Counted from the first letter of the stretch, positions 1-10,368 are shown. The stretch is 62,393 nucleotides of DNA from Candidatus Roizmanbacteria bacterium RIFCSPHIGHO2_02_FULL_38_11 (GCA_001788015.1 MFZO01000044.1:1-62393), one strand, 5' to 3'. Translations and numbers: made by a program. Notes: a model not told the origin generated them from the sequence alone.

Positions 1-66
1 GATAATTTATCATAGCAAATGTTAGTTGCTAATCTTATCTAGACCCTAATCTATTTTATTCAGAGA

Positions 67-675
67 TTATCTTACTATTGTTCCATCTTTTATCCTGAAT
101 CGAAAAGTTTCGTTGGCAAATATTCCTTGAGCTCCCAATGCAATATAATCTTCAGGCTTCATTTGTCTTCGAGAATAAGATATTACGGGTCTTGCGTCAT
201 ACTCTAGCTGTTCTATAACGTAAGGAATTAACCCATTGTTTGAAGTGATTATTCCATAACTTTCTCCTAGTGCTTGAAAATCACTATAAACATCATCCAT
301 AGCATAATGAGTGCAAGTAAGTACGGGAGCAAATCCTTCAACTCCTTCTGGCGTTTGAGTAAAAACTAAATTTTCTTCGGGTAATATTGCCATTACTACC
401 CGATGTGGATTGGCCTTTACAGCTGCTGCTAATTCTTCAAATAGTCTTGGATATTTTTTTAGAGTTTTATCTAAATTCTGAATTGCTTGAAGGGCTCTAA
501 AATATGTAGTTTGTGTTACAAACTGCCTAAGTTCTGGTCGAGCCTCAATAATTTTTTCTAAATCTTCAATGCCTTCTGCCACTAAATAACTTAAAATCAT
601 TTCAATATGTTGGTCAACAGCCTGTCTTCTCATTGAAAATTGTTCTCCCCTAGAACTATCACCCATCGATTCCAT
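67..675 (-). CDS. hypothetical protein
   Basis: 202-aa ORF; TGCTATAAT extended -10 just upstream of ATG; no recognised motif. Confidence 0.7.
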   Translation of the reverse strand: MESMGDSSRGEQFSMRRQAVDQHIEMILSYLVAEGIEDLEKIIEARPELRQFVTQTTYFRALQAIQNLDKTLKKYPRLFEELAAAVKANPHRVVMAILPEENLVFTQTPEGVEGFAPVLTCTHYAMDDVYSDFQALGESYGIITSNNGLIPYVIEQLEYDARPVISYSRRQMKPEDYIALGAQGIFANETFRFRIKDGTIVR

Positions 676-792
676 AGAAATTATTATAGCAAATATATTG
701 TCTTAACAATCTAAATAGTTGAAGCTAGAATCATTATGTCACAAAACATTAGCATTAAGTTAGAGGTTCTAAGTGTCTGATATAATCAGGTA

Positions 793-1416
793 ATGTTTGA
801 TGTAAAAAAATATAAGTCTTTCATCGTCTCGGTAATAGGAATTACAGTTCTTGGTTTAAGTATTAGTTTGATTTCTTGGAAATACAGATTAGTTACAAGC
901 GGTTTGCCGGGTTATGCTTTAATCATAAATTATCTTACTAATTTGTCGGTGGGCACAGTTCTCTTAATCAGTAATACTTTCATTCTGATATTGGCTTTAC
1001 TTATTGCCGGAAAATCTGCCGGAATAAAAGGGATATTCGGCTATGTTTATTTATCGTTAGTAATCGACGGCTCTAAAAAGTTATTGAACTTATCACAAGT
1101 TTCAACTCCTGTTTTTCCTAAAAACATATTATTTTATATTTTTCAGGGATCAATAGCCGCTTGCGCAATCGCTTTCGTCATTCATAACAATTATAGCTTT
1201 GGAAGTTATAGTTCAATGTTGCCCGTTGTTGATAAATTTGTAAAAATATCTCCGGCTAAATTTATGTTTATTTTGGATTTTATACTTATATTGATTACGA
1301 TTTATTTTTTTGGTTTAGAAAAAGGAGTTTTTCTACTAATAAATGCGACAGCGTTTTTCGTTTCTCTTAGTTACACTCTTAAAATCATTAATAACAAAAA
1401 GAAAAGTTATATTTAA
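793..1416 (+). CDS. YitT/DUF161-like membrane protein
   Basis: Multi-TM; LVTSGLPGYALIINYL resembles the YitT GGxxG-ia motif. Confidence 0.7.
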   Translation: MFDVKKYKSFIVSVIGITVLGLSISLISWKYRLVTSGLPGYALIINYLTNLSVGTVLLISNTFILILALLIAGKSAGIKGIFGYVYLSLVIDGSKKLLNLSQVSTPVFPKNILFYIFQGSIAACAIAFVIHNNYSFGSYSSMLPVVDKFVKISPAKFMFILDFILILITIYFFGLEKGVFLLINATAFFVSLSYTLKIINNKKKSYI

Positions 1417-1418
1417 TT

Positions 1419-1626
1419 TTATATCTCTATTTTAAGTAGGTTTTGGAAGTGAAAATTTATTCGATCTTCGGTTATGAAGTTGAGATCGATTGAGACATGT
1501 TTCCTGATTAATTCTTCAAGTAATTTTGCTTTTTTTTAATTTTTCTACCGTAACCTCAACCCGCAACATATGCTTCTGGAGATTTTCCGGAACCGTCTAA
1601 TATTCATAGACTTGTCTTATATTCAT
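1419..1626 (-). pseudogene. degraded gene remnant, possibly HD-domain protein
   Basis: ATG overlaps metK stop (ATGA); reads MNIRQVYEY*TVPENLQKHMLRV, then in another frame KAKLLEELIRKHVSIDLNFITEDRINFHFQNLLKIEI*. Confidence 0.45.
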
Positions 1627-2732
1627 ATAACTTTTTCCCAAGGGAATTCATTACGGCCAAAGTGGCCGTATACAGCGGTAGGTAGATAGATTGGTCTGCG
1701 AAGATTCAGACCTTCAAGAATTCCCTCAACCGAGGTATCGATAAGTTTTGCGGCAAAGTCTTGGAGAGTTTTTTTTGAGGCGCGTCCTGTTCCAAAAGTT
1801 TCTATTTCTTGCATCACGGGTTTTTTTGCTCCGATGAAATAAGCAAGGTTGACTTCGGCTTTATCTGCAAGTTTATGGGCAACAATATTTTTAGCAATAT
1901 ATCTAGCAGCATATGCTCCAGAGCGATCAACTTTTGTCGGATCTTTACCGCTGAAACATCCGCCACCAACTTTTGCATAACCGCCATATGTGTCAACAAT
2001 AATTTTTCTCCCGGTCACTCCGGTATCCGAAGCCGGTCCGCTTATGTGCCAGACTCCCGTTCCGTTTACAACAAAATCTTTTTCGTTTATTCTGAATCCA
2101 AACTTTTTTAAGACTGGCATCACGACTTTTTTGTACAGGTCGTGTTTAACTTGGGTTAATGGTACTGATTCCTGATGTGGTGCAGCCAGAATGACCGAAG
2201 TTACACGGTACGGTTTGCCGTTTTTGTATTCAATTGTTACTTGTGACTTTCCGTCGGGACGAAGATAGGGAAGCAGCTTTTCTTCGCGGACTTCATCGAG
2301 TCTCATTGTCAATCGATGGGCAAGAACGATTGGAAGGGGCATGAGTTCTTTAGACTCATTGCAAGCATATCCAAACATCATACCTTGGTCTCCGGCGCCT
2401 TTCATATTTACTCCACGGGCAATATCGGGCGATTGTGTATGGATATATATTTCAACCGGTGAGTTAAAGGAGAAATTGAGTATGCCATCGACGTAGCCCA
2501 AACGTTTGATTTGATTTCTTGCCACTTTTCCATAGTCTGCATTAGCTTTTGCAGAGACTTCGCCGGCGATCACAACCCGATTGCGTGTTACAAGTGTTTC
2601 AACCGCAACTCTGCCATATTTATCTTGTTTTAAGACTTCGTCAACGATAGCATCGCTGATCTGGTCGCAAATTTTATCGGGATGTCCTGCGCAGACTGAT
2701 TCCGAGGTAAAAGAATACGAGTTGTTTACCAT
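1623..2732 (-). CDS. metK: S-adenosylmethionine synthetase
   Basis: FTSESVCAGHPDK, GAGDQG and GGGCFSGKDPTKVDRS motifs. Confidence 0.98.
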   Translation of the reverse strand: MVNNSYSFTSESVCAGHPDKICDQISDAIVDEVLKQDKYGRVAVETLVTRNRVVIAGEVSAKANADYGKVARNQIKRLGYVDGILNFSFNSPVEIYIHTQSPDIARGVNMKGAGDQGMMFGYACNESKELMPLPIVLAHRLTMRLDEVREEKLLPYLRPDGKSQVTIEYKNGKPYRVTSVILAAPHQESVPLTQVKHDLYKKVVMPVLKKFGFRINEKDFVVNGTGVWHISGPASDTGVTGRKIIVDTYGGYAKVGGGCFSGKDPTKVDRSGAYAARYIAKNIVAHKLADKAEVNLAYFIGAKKPVMQEIETFGTGRASKKTLQDFAAKLIDTSVEGILEGLNLRRPIYLPTAVYGHFGRNEFPWEKVI

Positions 2733-2768
2733 AGTCTAAGGTTATATATTCTCAACTGACGATTCTGA

Positions 2769-3266
2769 TTATACCTGTTTTTCCAGAGATTTTTCTATTT
2801 TGCTTTCGTTAATAGGCTTAAGCATCTCCTCTAACTCTTTATCTTGAGACAAGTCTACACCATTTTTTTGCAAATATAGTGTGACTAATTTCATAAGTTT
2901 TGTAACTTCCGATTCGGTAATAATGTCGATTTGAAGATCAATTTCTTCCCGAAGGTCATCAATTTTTGAGGCTCTATTTTGTGAGATCAGTACGAAAATA
3001 GACAGAACGATTGCCTCAAGAGAAACGATTGTTGTCAATAGCCCGAACGGATAAGGGTCAAATGGTTGAATAAAAGGAAAATTGCCGGTATTAATAAATA
3101 GCCAAAAAATAAAAAATACAACATTAAAAAATAAGAATGTCGTACTGCCAAAATGAAATGTCAACCAGTCGGCTATTTTTTCAGCAGGACGGCGTCGAGC
3201 TTTATATTTAGCTTTTAGGCTTCTTATTACATGCCGACTTGTAAAGTCTGAAGTAGTCATAGCCAT
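2769..3266 (-). CDS. DUF1003 domain membrane protein
   Basis: FDPYPFGLL...SLEAI...LISQNR signature. Confidence 0.9.
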   Translation of the reverse strand: MAMTTSDFTSRHVIRSLKAKYKARRRPAEKIADWLTFHFGSTTFLFFNVVFFIFWLFINTGNFPFIQPFDPYPFGLLTTIVSLEAIVLSIFVLISQNRASKIDDLREEIDLQIDIITESEVTKLMKLVTLYLQKNGVDLSQDKELEEMLKPINESKIEKSLEKQV

Positions 3267-3328
3267 TGCATAGATTATAACTAATTTATCCAGTATATCC
3301 TTTTCTTTTTAAGCCTTGTATGAAGTAG

Positions 3329-5155
3329 TTAATTTCTGTTTGCCACTCGTCTTTGTACAGTGGAAAGTATTTTTTTTCTTATCCGCAGTGACTGTGGAGT
3401 AACTTCGAGAAGTTCATCTTCATTGATAAAATCGAGAGACTGTTCAAGGCTTAAAACGGTGGGAGGAGTCAGTTGTATCTTTACACCTTCACCAACAGAT
3501 CGGTTATTTGTCAATTTTTTTGCTTTGCAGACATTTACTTCGATATCAAGATTACGACTAGCTACCCCTACAACCATTCCTTCATAAACATCTATACCAG
3601 GACCAACAAATAAGTCTCCCCGTTCTTGCGCGTTGGCTAAGCCGTATGATAAAGAAAGTCCAGGTTTAACAGCCACAAGAGCCCCATTTCTTACCGAATC
3701 TATCTTGTCGCCTTTAGGAAAATAGCCTAGGAAAAACGTATTAAGAGTTGTTGTTCCCCTTGTTTGGGTGACTAAAATACTTCTTACTCCCAGAAGATTA
3801 TTATCAGAGATTTTATATTTTAATTTGACTTCGTTTTTTCTATCATCTGTAACCATATCGAGTAGTTCAGCTTTTCTTCTACCAAATTCTTCAGTAACTT
3901 TTCCCAAATACTCTTTTTGAGTATGGATAACCACTTCTTCATAGGGTTCGTGTACCACTCCGTTTATGGTTTTATAGATTACCTCTGGTTTTGAAACCTG
4001 TAATTCAAATCCCTCTCGGCGCATAGTTTCGACCAGTACTGCAAGATGTAGCTCTCCCCGGCCATGGACTGTGAATTGAGTCGCTTCGGCATCCTGTTGT
4101 ATTTTTAAACCTACGTTGGTTTCTTTTTCTTTAAGTAAGCGTTCTTTAATTTGTCTGGAAGTACCGAATTCACCCTGTTTGCCTGCAAAGGGGCTAGTAT
4201 TTGGCCCGATAGATATTTTAATCGTAGGTTCTTCGACTAATATTTTTGGAAGGCTTACGGGATGGTCTGGGTCGGTAACTGTTTGACCGATAGTAAGGTC
4301 GGGAATTCCAGCTATAGCTACTATATCACCGGAGCTAATCTGATCGACTTCCTTTTTCTGCAAACCCTCGAATGTGTATAGTTTTTGAGCGTTATATGTT
4401 CCAAGTATCTTTCCATCTTCTACCAAGGCAATTTTGTCGTTTTTGTTGAGTTTGCCTTGGGAAATTTTTCCAATACAAAGTTTGCCGACATAATTATCAT
4501 AGTCTAAAGTAGAAATAAGCATTTGAAAAGGTTTATCCTGATTGACGGCAGAATCGGGTACGTCTGCAAGAATGGCATCAAATAAAGGCGTAAGATCGCC
4601 TTTTGTTTGAGGAGAATAATGAGCGGGTAATTCTCGAAAGGCTTTTCCATCTCTTCCCACTGAAAATAGTGTGCGAAAGTGAAGCGAATGTTCATCAGCG
4701 GCTAACTCTAAGAAAAGATTTTCGACTTCGTGAAGTACTTCCTGCGGGCGGGCGTCTTTTTTATCGATTTTGTTGACGATAAGAATAATTTTGAGTTTGG
4801 CTTCGAGCGCTTCTTTGAGGACAAATTTAGTCTGGGGCAGAGGGCCTTCGGCGGCGTCAACTAAAAGAATTGCCCCGCTTGCCATATTGATAGTTCGTTC
4901 TACTTCACCGCCGAAATCCGCATGTCCGGGCGTGTCGATAATGTTGATTTTAGTGTCTTTATAGAATACAGCCGTGTTTTTGGCAAGTATCGTAATGCCT
5001 TTTTCTTTTTCCAGATCGTTAGAATCCATGATCAAAGTTTCACCCATTTCTTTCTGATTCTCCCGAAAAGTGTGGGTTTGTTTTAAGATGGCGTCGACGA
5101 GCGTCGTTTTGCCGTGATCGACATGAGCTATGATGGCAATATTTTTTATTGGCAT
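3329..5155 (-). CDS. typA: translational GTPase TypA/BipA
   Basis: NIAIIAHVDHGKTTLVD, DTPGHADFGGEVER, GRGELHL, C-terminal EVTPQSLRIRK. Confidence 0.97.
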   Translation of the reverse strand: MPIKNIAIIAHVDHGKTTLVDAILKQTHTFRENQKEMGETLIMDSNDLEKEKGITILAKNTAVFYKDTKINIIDTPGHADFGGEVERTINMASGAILLVDAAEGPLPQTKFVLKEALEAKLKIILIVNKIDKKDARPQEVLHEVENLFLELAADEHSLHFRTLFSVGRDGKAFRELPAHYSPQTKGDLTPLFDAILADVPDSAVNQDKPFQMLISTLDYDNYVGKLCIGKISQGKLNKNDKIALVEDGKILGTYNAQKLYTFEGLQKKEVDQISSGDIVAIAGIPDLTIGQTVTDPDHPVSLPKILVEEPTIKISIGPNTSPFAGKQGEFGTSRQIKERLLKEKETNVGLKIQQDAEATQFTVHGRGELHLAVLVETMRREGFELQVSKPEVIYKTINGVVHEPYEEVVIHTQKEYLGKVTEEFGRRKAELLDMVTDDRKNEVKLKYKISDNNLLGVRSILVTQTRGTTTLNTFFLGYFPKGDKIDSVRNGALVAVKPGLSLSYGLANAQERGDLFVGPGIDVYEGMVVGVASRNLDIEVNVCKAKKLTNNRSVGEGVKIQLTPPTVLSLEQSLDFINEDELLEVTPQSLRIRKKILSTVQRRVANRN

Positions 5156-5334
5156 ATAAGTAATTTAAATGAAACTAAAGTAAATTAATACCCAACGAAG
5201 CTCAAGTTTAAGTAGAGCGAAGTGGTATTCTTAAGTAGTTAATTATACAACAAATTTGACTGGATTTATCATGAAACTTATTTGAAAGCGAATGCATACT
5301 TATAGATAAGATTAAAAGTTTTTTTAATACCAGA

Positions 5335-5556
5335 ATGCCCAAAATGCTTAGAAAAATAAAGCGTGAATTCAGAAAGAGGTTGAAACTAGTGAAGAAATTT
5401 TCAGACAGAATTGAAGCGGATTTAGCTAGAGAAATACTCGAGGCATATCATATCAACGCCTATCTGTTCCAAAATTATTTTGGACAAGTTACGGCAATAT
5501 TTGTAAATGCTTACGATTATCCAAGAGCCGCCCAAGTCCTCAATCTTGTGAGGTAA
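5335..5556 (+). CDS. small hypothetical protein (DUF2007-like)
   Basis: 73-aa ORF; F...IEADLAREILEAYHI...IFV...DY..AAQVL resembles DUF2007. Confidence 0.5.
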   Translation: MPKMLRKIKREFRKRLKLVKKFSDRIEADLAREILEAYHINAYLFQNYFGQVTAIFVNAYDYPRAAQVLNLVR

Positions 5557-5563
5557 AATGTAT

Positions 5564-5863
5564 TTAACCAACAAAACGAATTTCTAGTTTTGTGCTTAAG
5601 GCAGCCGCTAATTTTTTAAGAAATGATACAGTAGGATTAGCCTTACCGGCTTCAAGTCTTGATATAACTGATTGTTTGGTCCCAATTTTTTTAGCAAGTA
5701 TTTCTTGAGTTATACCTTTTTTCATTCTTGCTTCTAACACAGCTTCAATAAGAGCAAATTCTGGTTGTAATTTATCATATTCAGCTTTAAATTTAGGGTC
5801 TTTTAAAGCTTTTCTGTACCAAACTTCAAAATCTAAATGTTTTCTGTCTTCAGGTTTAATCAT
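5564..5863 (-). CDS. XRE-family HTH antitoxin (HigA-like)
   Basis: ARMKKGITQEILAKKIGTKQSVISRLEAG HTH; downstream of a RelE-like gene. Confidence 0.9.
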   Translation of the reverse strand: MIKPEDRKHLDFEVWYRKALKDPKFKAEYDKLQPEFALIEAVLEARMKKGITQEILAKKIGTKQSVISRLEAGKANPTVSFLKKLAAALSTKLEIRFVG

Positions 5864-5875
5864 ATAGCATATATG

Positions 5876-6205
5876 CTATATTATATCTTTAATTCTGTCA
5901 AGTGCAGTTTTTAGTTCTTTATTAGGAGTTTTCTGGGTTTTCTTTTTAAAAGCATGGAGTAAATAATATTTATTATTAAACACGGTATAGAAAATTCTAA
6001 CCGCAACTTTTCCAGAAATTCTTAATTCATAAAGTTTCACTCCCATTTTTTTAGTGTATGGTGGTTTAAGATAAGGTCCATAATCAACTAAAAGTCTAAT
6101 ATAATGTGCAACTTTGGATTGAGTAGGTTTGTCTTGCTCTTCAATAAAATCTTCAACAGGATGATCACCTCTTGGAGTCTGAAAGAATTTTACTTTCCAT
6201 GTCAT
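5876..6205 (-). CDS. RelE/ParE-superfamily toxin (HigB/Gp49-like)
   Basis: PVEDFI...LYELRI...RIFY...LLHAFKKKTQKTP; toxin-first order. Confidence 0.9.
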   Translation of the reverse strand: MTWKVKFFQTPRGDHPVEDFIEEQDKPTQSKVAHYIRLLVDYGPYLKPPYTKKMGVKLYELRISGKVAVRIFYTVFNNKYYLLHAFKKKTQKTPNKELKTALDRIKDII

Positions 6206-6257
6206 TTACTCACTGTAGCAAGAAAATATTAATGGATATCTGCTAAAATAATTCGAA

Positions 6258-7034
6258 ATGCAAAAAATATTTTTCAAATCAAAAGACGGGCTAAAACTTT
6301 GTGGGGTTTGGCATTTTCTAGATAAACCAACAACTAAAGCAGTCGTATTAGCTCATGGAATGACTGTAGACAAAAACGAAGAAGGAATTATTATAGAGCT
6401 GGCAGAACTGCTTAAAGATAATGGTTTTGCTGTTTTCAGATTTGATTTTAGAGGACATGGTGAGAGTGAAGGAAAATCAGTTGACACAACAATTACAGGC
6501 GAAATAACAGATGTTGAAGGAGCAATAAAGGAAGTTAAACGGCGAGAATACAAAGATATCGGTCTTTTAGGAGCCAGCGTAGGCGGTGGGATTGCCGCAT
6601 TATATACCGAAAAAAATCAAAAGGAACTAAAGTGTCTCTGTTTATGGAATCCTGCTTTAAATTATGACCATACGTTTCTAAATCCAATAACTCCTTGGTT
6701 AAAAGATAGGCACAAAAGTATGATGCACGATTTGAAAACTAAAGGATGGACTACGGTAGGAAGTAGTAAAAAAGTTTATGGGAAAAAAATGTTTGACGAG
6801 ATGGCTGAATTTAAACCTTATAAAGCACTTAAAAATATTTCAATCCCAACAGTCATCATTCACGGAACAAATGACAGATATGTTTCTTATGAAGATTCAA
6901 AAAATTATGCTCAAAATTTAAACAACGGGAAGTTGATGACAATTGAAGGCGCAGAACACGGATTTCACGAGCCGAAACAATATTCGGATAAAGCTAAACA
7001 AGAAACTCTCAAATTCTTTCTTAAGTATTTATGA
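6258..7034 (+). CDS. alpha/beta hydrolase
   Basis: FDFRGHGESEG, GASVGG nucleophile elbow, HGTND, GAEHGF. Confidence 0.92.
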   Translation: MQKIFFKSKDGLKLCGVWHFLDKPTTKAVVLAHGMTVDKNEEGIIIELAELLKDNGFAVFRFDFRGHGESEGKSVDTTITGEITDVEGAIKEVKRREYKDIGLLGASVGGGIAALYTEKNQKELKCLCLWNPALNYDHTFLNPITPWLKDRHKSMMHDLKTKGWTTVGSSKKVYGKKMFDEMAEFKPYKALKNISIPTVIIHGTNDRYVSYEDSKNYAQNLNNGKLMTIEGAEHGFHEPKQYSDKAKQETLKFFLKYL

Positions 7035-7072
7035 ATAAAAACTGACATCTGGGAGTTGATATACTTCTTTTC

Positions 7073-8230
7073 ATGGATAGGAACATAAAGATCGCGTATG
7101 TTTTAACTGTTTTAAAAAACTCCTGGTTTTGGTTAGGGATTTGGGTTTTTTACTACCTGTTATTTACCAATTATGCCGGTATCGGAATAGTAGAAACAGG
7201 GTTAATTGTAGGTATGACCTTAGGTGAAATACCAACCGGAGCAATTGGCGATCTTTTAGGAAAGAAAAAAACGCTAATGATTGCATTCGTATTAATGGCT
7301 ACAGGGTTGTTAGGAGTCGGATTAACAAATAATTTTTTATTTCTTGCAGCTTGGGTTTTTATTGCCGGGATAGGTAATTCCTTTTATTCAGGAACTTTTG
7401 AAGCTCTGGTATATGATTCTTTAAAAGAAATAAAAAAAGAAAAAAATTATGCTAGAGTGATTGCTAACGTAGGGAGTTTACAGTTAATTGCTCCTGCGGT
7501 CGCCGGTTTTCTTGGAGCTTATTTATACTATCTATCACCAAGACTGCCTTTTTTGCTACACGGATTATTTTATTTAATTGGTTTTTTATTTTGTTTATTT
7601 TTGCTTGAACCACAGATAGACAGCGAAAAATTTTCCTGGCAGAGTTTTTTTATTCAAATGAAATACGGATTTAAAGAATTAACGAAGACAGTTGACATTC
7701 GTAACCAAACTCTACTTCTGGTTTCGATCGGAGGCATTGTGGTAATCGCAGATGAGATGCTTAATGCTTTTCTCGGGGTAGAATTCGGTTTTAACGAACA
7801 ACTGGCAGGAATTTTTTGGTCTTCAATCTATATAATTTCTTCATTGAGTTCACAGATGACTCCGAGATTTTTAAAATATTTTGCTGAAAATAAATCGTTA
7901 ATAATAGTAGGTGGATTACTCGCAATATCTTTTATGGTTTCACCATATTTAGGTTTACTGTTAGGGGGAATTTCATTACTGGCTCGTTCGTCACTGCAGG
8001 CGATTTTCATTAACCTGGCATCGGTTTTTATTAACAAAAACACAGAATCAAAATTTAGAGCAACGACTCTTTCTACCTTTAACATGCTAAAAAATATACC
8101 CTATGTTTTGTTTGCCTTTTTCATCGGGTCTCTGGCAGACAAATACTCGGCTAGGTGGATAGCATTTTGGTTAGGAATAATTTTGTTTGGATTATTGTTT
8201 TTTCAAATAAGGAGAAGAGAAAAGCTTTGA
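7073..8230 (+). CDS. MFS transporter
   Basis: ~12 TM; EIPTGAIGDLLGKK motif A; SGTFEALVYDSL. Confidence 0.92.
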   Translation: MDRNIKIAYVLTVLKNSWFWLGIWVFYYLLFTNYAGIGIVETGLIVGMTLGEIPTGAIGDLLGKKKTLMIAFVLMATGLLGVGLTNNFLFLAAWVFIAGIGNSFYSGTFEALVYDSLKEIKKEKNYARVIANVGSLQLIAPAVAGFLGAYLYYLSPRLPFLLHGLFYLIGFLFCLFLLEPQIDSEKFSWQSFFIQMKYGFKELTKTVDIRNQTLLLVSIGGIVVIADEMLNAFLGVEFGFNEQLAGIFWSSIYIISSLSSQMTPRFLKYFAENKSLIIVGGLLAISFMVSPYLGLLLGGISLLARSSLQAIFINLASVFINKNTESKFRATTLSTFNMLKNIPYVLFAFFIGSLADKYSARWIAFWLGIILFGLLFFQIRRREKL

Positions 8231-8256
8231 TGCTACTCTCTTGTTATAATAATGAA

Positions 8257-8811
8257 ATGGAATTAGGAAAAATTGTCTATAAGGGAAAAACAAAAAAAGG
8301 CAGGGATATGCTAATTCGTTATCCAAAAAAAAGCGATACTCCAATTCTTTTGGATTATATGAATACGTTATCCAAAGAACGCACTTTTATCCACTTTCAA
8401 GGCGAGCAGTTGAAACTTAAAGAGGAAGAAAAATACATGAATGATTTTTTGAAAAAGATTAAAAAGAATCAAGGGGTAAAGCTTTTGGCATTTATCGGAG
8501 ATAAATTAGTCGGAGTTTCAGACACATATTTGCAGGAAAAAACTGAGAAGCATGTTGGCGTATTCGGAATTACGGTGGCGAAAGAATACCGGGGTGAGGG
8601 AATAGGGAGATTATTAATGAATTTAGTAATAGAAGAAGCAAAAAAATATATAAAAGAACTGAAGATTGTAAGACTTGGATGTTTTGCTAACAATAAAACT
8701 GCATGTGTAATGTATAAAAACTCCGGCTTTAAGGAATACGGTAGATTGCCTGCCGGAATCAGACACAGAGGAGAATTTGTAGATCATGTGTATTTTTATA
8801 AAAATATTTAG
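8257..8811 (+). CDS. GNAT N-acetyltransferase
   Basis: VAKEYRGEGIGRLLM acetyl-CoA motif; start chosen at the ATG after TATAAT (8245-8250). Confidence 0.9.
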   Translation: MELGKIVYKGKTKKGRDMLIRYPKKSDTPILLDYMNTLSKERTFIHFQGEQLKLKEEEKYMNDFLKKIKKNQGVKLLAFIGDKLVGVSDTYLQEKTEKHVGVFGITVAKEYRGEGIGRLLMNLVIEEAKKYIKELKIVRLGCFANNKTACVMYKNSGFKEYGRLPAGIRHRGEFVDHVYFYKNI

Positions 8812-8827
8812 TTGTTAATTGGTAACG

Positions 8828-9523
8828 ATGTTAGAGCAACTTCAAAAAGATCTGCGTAAACTTGCCAACCCGCAAAAAGCTAAAATTCTGCAGAGGTTTT
8901 TTAAGACGGGGAAGGGTGAATATGGAGAAGGTGATGTATTTCTTGGAATAACTGTTCCCGAACAGAGAAAAATAGCAATAAGATTTAAGACTTTAGATTT
9001 AAGAGACATTCAGAAATTGTTAAATAGTAAAATTCATGAAGAACGACTAATCGCTCTTCTTATTCTTTTTGAGAAATATAGAAAAGCAAATGATCTGGAT
9101 AAGAAAAAGGTCTTCGATTTTTATCTAAAAAATTCAAAAAGAATTAATAACTGGGACTTAGTTGATTTATCGGCGCATTTGATTTTAGGGGATTATTTAC
9201 TATATAGAGATAAGTCAGTAGTTTATAGACTCGCCGAATCAAAAAACTTATGGGAGAGAAGAATTGCTGTGCTGACAACGTTCAGGTTTATTAAATATAA
9301 TCAATTCGAGGATTCGTTAAAAATCGGACAGATGCTATTAAAAGACAAACACGACCTGATCCAAAAAGCAGTCGGCTGGATGTTAAGGGAGATTGGGAAA
9401 AGGGATCAGGAAGTTGAGGAAGAGTTTTTGAAAAAATATTATAAAATTATGCCACGTACAATGCTCCGCTATGCCATTGAAAGATTCGATGGAAAGAAAA
9501 AAAAGTTTTATTTAAAAAAATAA
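8828..9523 (+). CDS. DNA alkylation repair protein (AlkD-like)
   Basis: FFKTGKGEYGEGD, NNWDLVD, LWERR, IQKAVGWMLRE, PRTMLRYAIE. Confidence 0.92.
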   Translation: MLEQLQKDLRKLANPQKAKILQRFFKTGKGEYGEGDVFLGITVPEQRKIAIRFKTLDLRDIQKLLNSKIHEERLIALLILFEKYRKANDLDKKKVFDFYLKNSKRINNWDLVDLSAHLILGDYLLYRDKSVVYRLAESKNLWERRIAVLTTFRFIKYNQFEDSLKIGQMLLKDKHDLIQKAVGWMLREIGKRDQEVEEEFLKKYYKIMPRTMLRYAIERFDGKKKKFYLKK

Positions 9524-9532
9524 ATTGCAGCT

Positions 9533-9618
9533 TTGTCATTCCGCACTTGATGCGGAATCCAGATTAAATAGATTCCCGCTTTCGCCACGTCAGACGTGGC
9601 TTTCGCGGGAATGACAAA
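9533..9618. repeat. GTCAT...ATGAC palindromic element with nested 21-bp insert
   Basis: TTTGTCATTCC...GGAATGACAAA terminal inverted repeat with internal hairpins. Confidence 0.85.
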
Positions 9619-9627
9619 TAAACAAAT

Positions 9628-10368
9628 ATGGACCCACTGGATACCAAAAAAAGAATTTTTGCCGCGCATAAACTTTTAACCGAGAAAACAACCTCAAAGC
9701 AAAAACTTGAATCGGTTAAAGCTCTAATTAAAGGTATTAATCCTAGAATTGATACATTCCTGGAAAATTCTTCAAAAGCGTTAACTGATCTTGAAAAGTT
9801 TCAAAAAGGCGACGTGATAGAACTGGGAGCAGAACACCTGCCGGAAAATACCGAAGAAGAAAAGAAAAGAAAAAAGGCGCTTTTATGGTTTATACGGAAT
9901 TGGAAAAGTCTGCATAGCGAAATAGACAGGGTAAAAAAAGAGTTTGAACAAGGAAGTCAAGGAACAGAACAAAAAATACAAAGCGGGGGAAGAATTGCAG
10001 CATTTGCCAAAGGTCCTTTCGGCTTAATGACTGCTTTGGCAATTGTCATAGTTATTAGTCTCTCTGTAATCGGTGGAAAGAAAACAGCCCTGAACCAGAG
10101 CGAGCTCGATTCAGGGTTGCCTAGTACCGATCTTCGATCTGGTACTGGGGCAAAAACAAAAGTAATTGTTGTTGATGGTAAACAGATTCCATTAATCGAG
10201 TTAACTACGGGTCAAGGGTCAGAATGCCTTGATGGCAGTAGTGAAGCTCCTCACTATCACGCCAAAGATCATATCGCAGCCAAAGCCCTCGACGGATCTT
10301 CTGTGACAGATCCAGGCGGCTGCGGATTCGGTAAAGTTAAAGAAGTTAATATAATTGAAGTGGAGTGA
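9628..10368 (+). CDS. hypothetical single-pass membrane protein
   Basis: Helical N-terminus, central TM, C-terminal C...PHYH...GCGFG. Confidence 0.75.
   Translation: MDPLDTKKRIFAAHKLLTEKTTSKQKLESVKALIKGINPRIDTFLENSSKALTDLEKFQKGDVIELGAEHLPENTEEEKKRKKALLWFIRNWKSLHSEIDRVKKEFEQGSQGTEQKIQSGGRIAAFAKGPFGLMTALAIVIVISLSVIGGKKTALNQSELDSGLPSTDLRSGTGAKTKVIVVDGKQIPLIELTTGQGSECLDGSSEAPHYHAKDHIAAKALDGSSVTDPGGCGFGKVKEVNIIEVE

Noticed and set aside
1590..1600. In-frame TAG as a sign of recoding or an alternative genetic code
   Set aside because: TAG, TGA and TAA all end intact genes elsewhere in the window; the frameshift indicates decay
2732..2768. SAM riboswitch upstream of metK
   Set aside because: Only ~36 nt of intergenic space, with no aptamer-like structure
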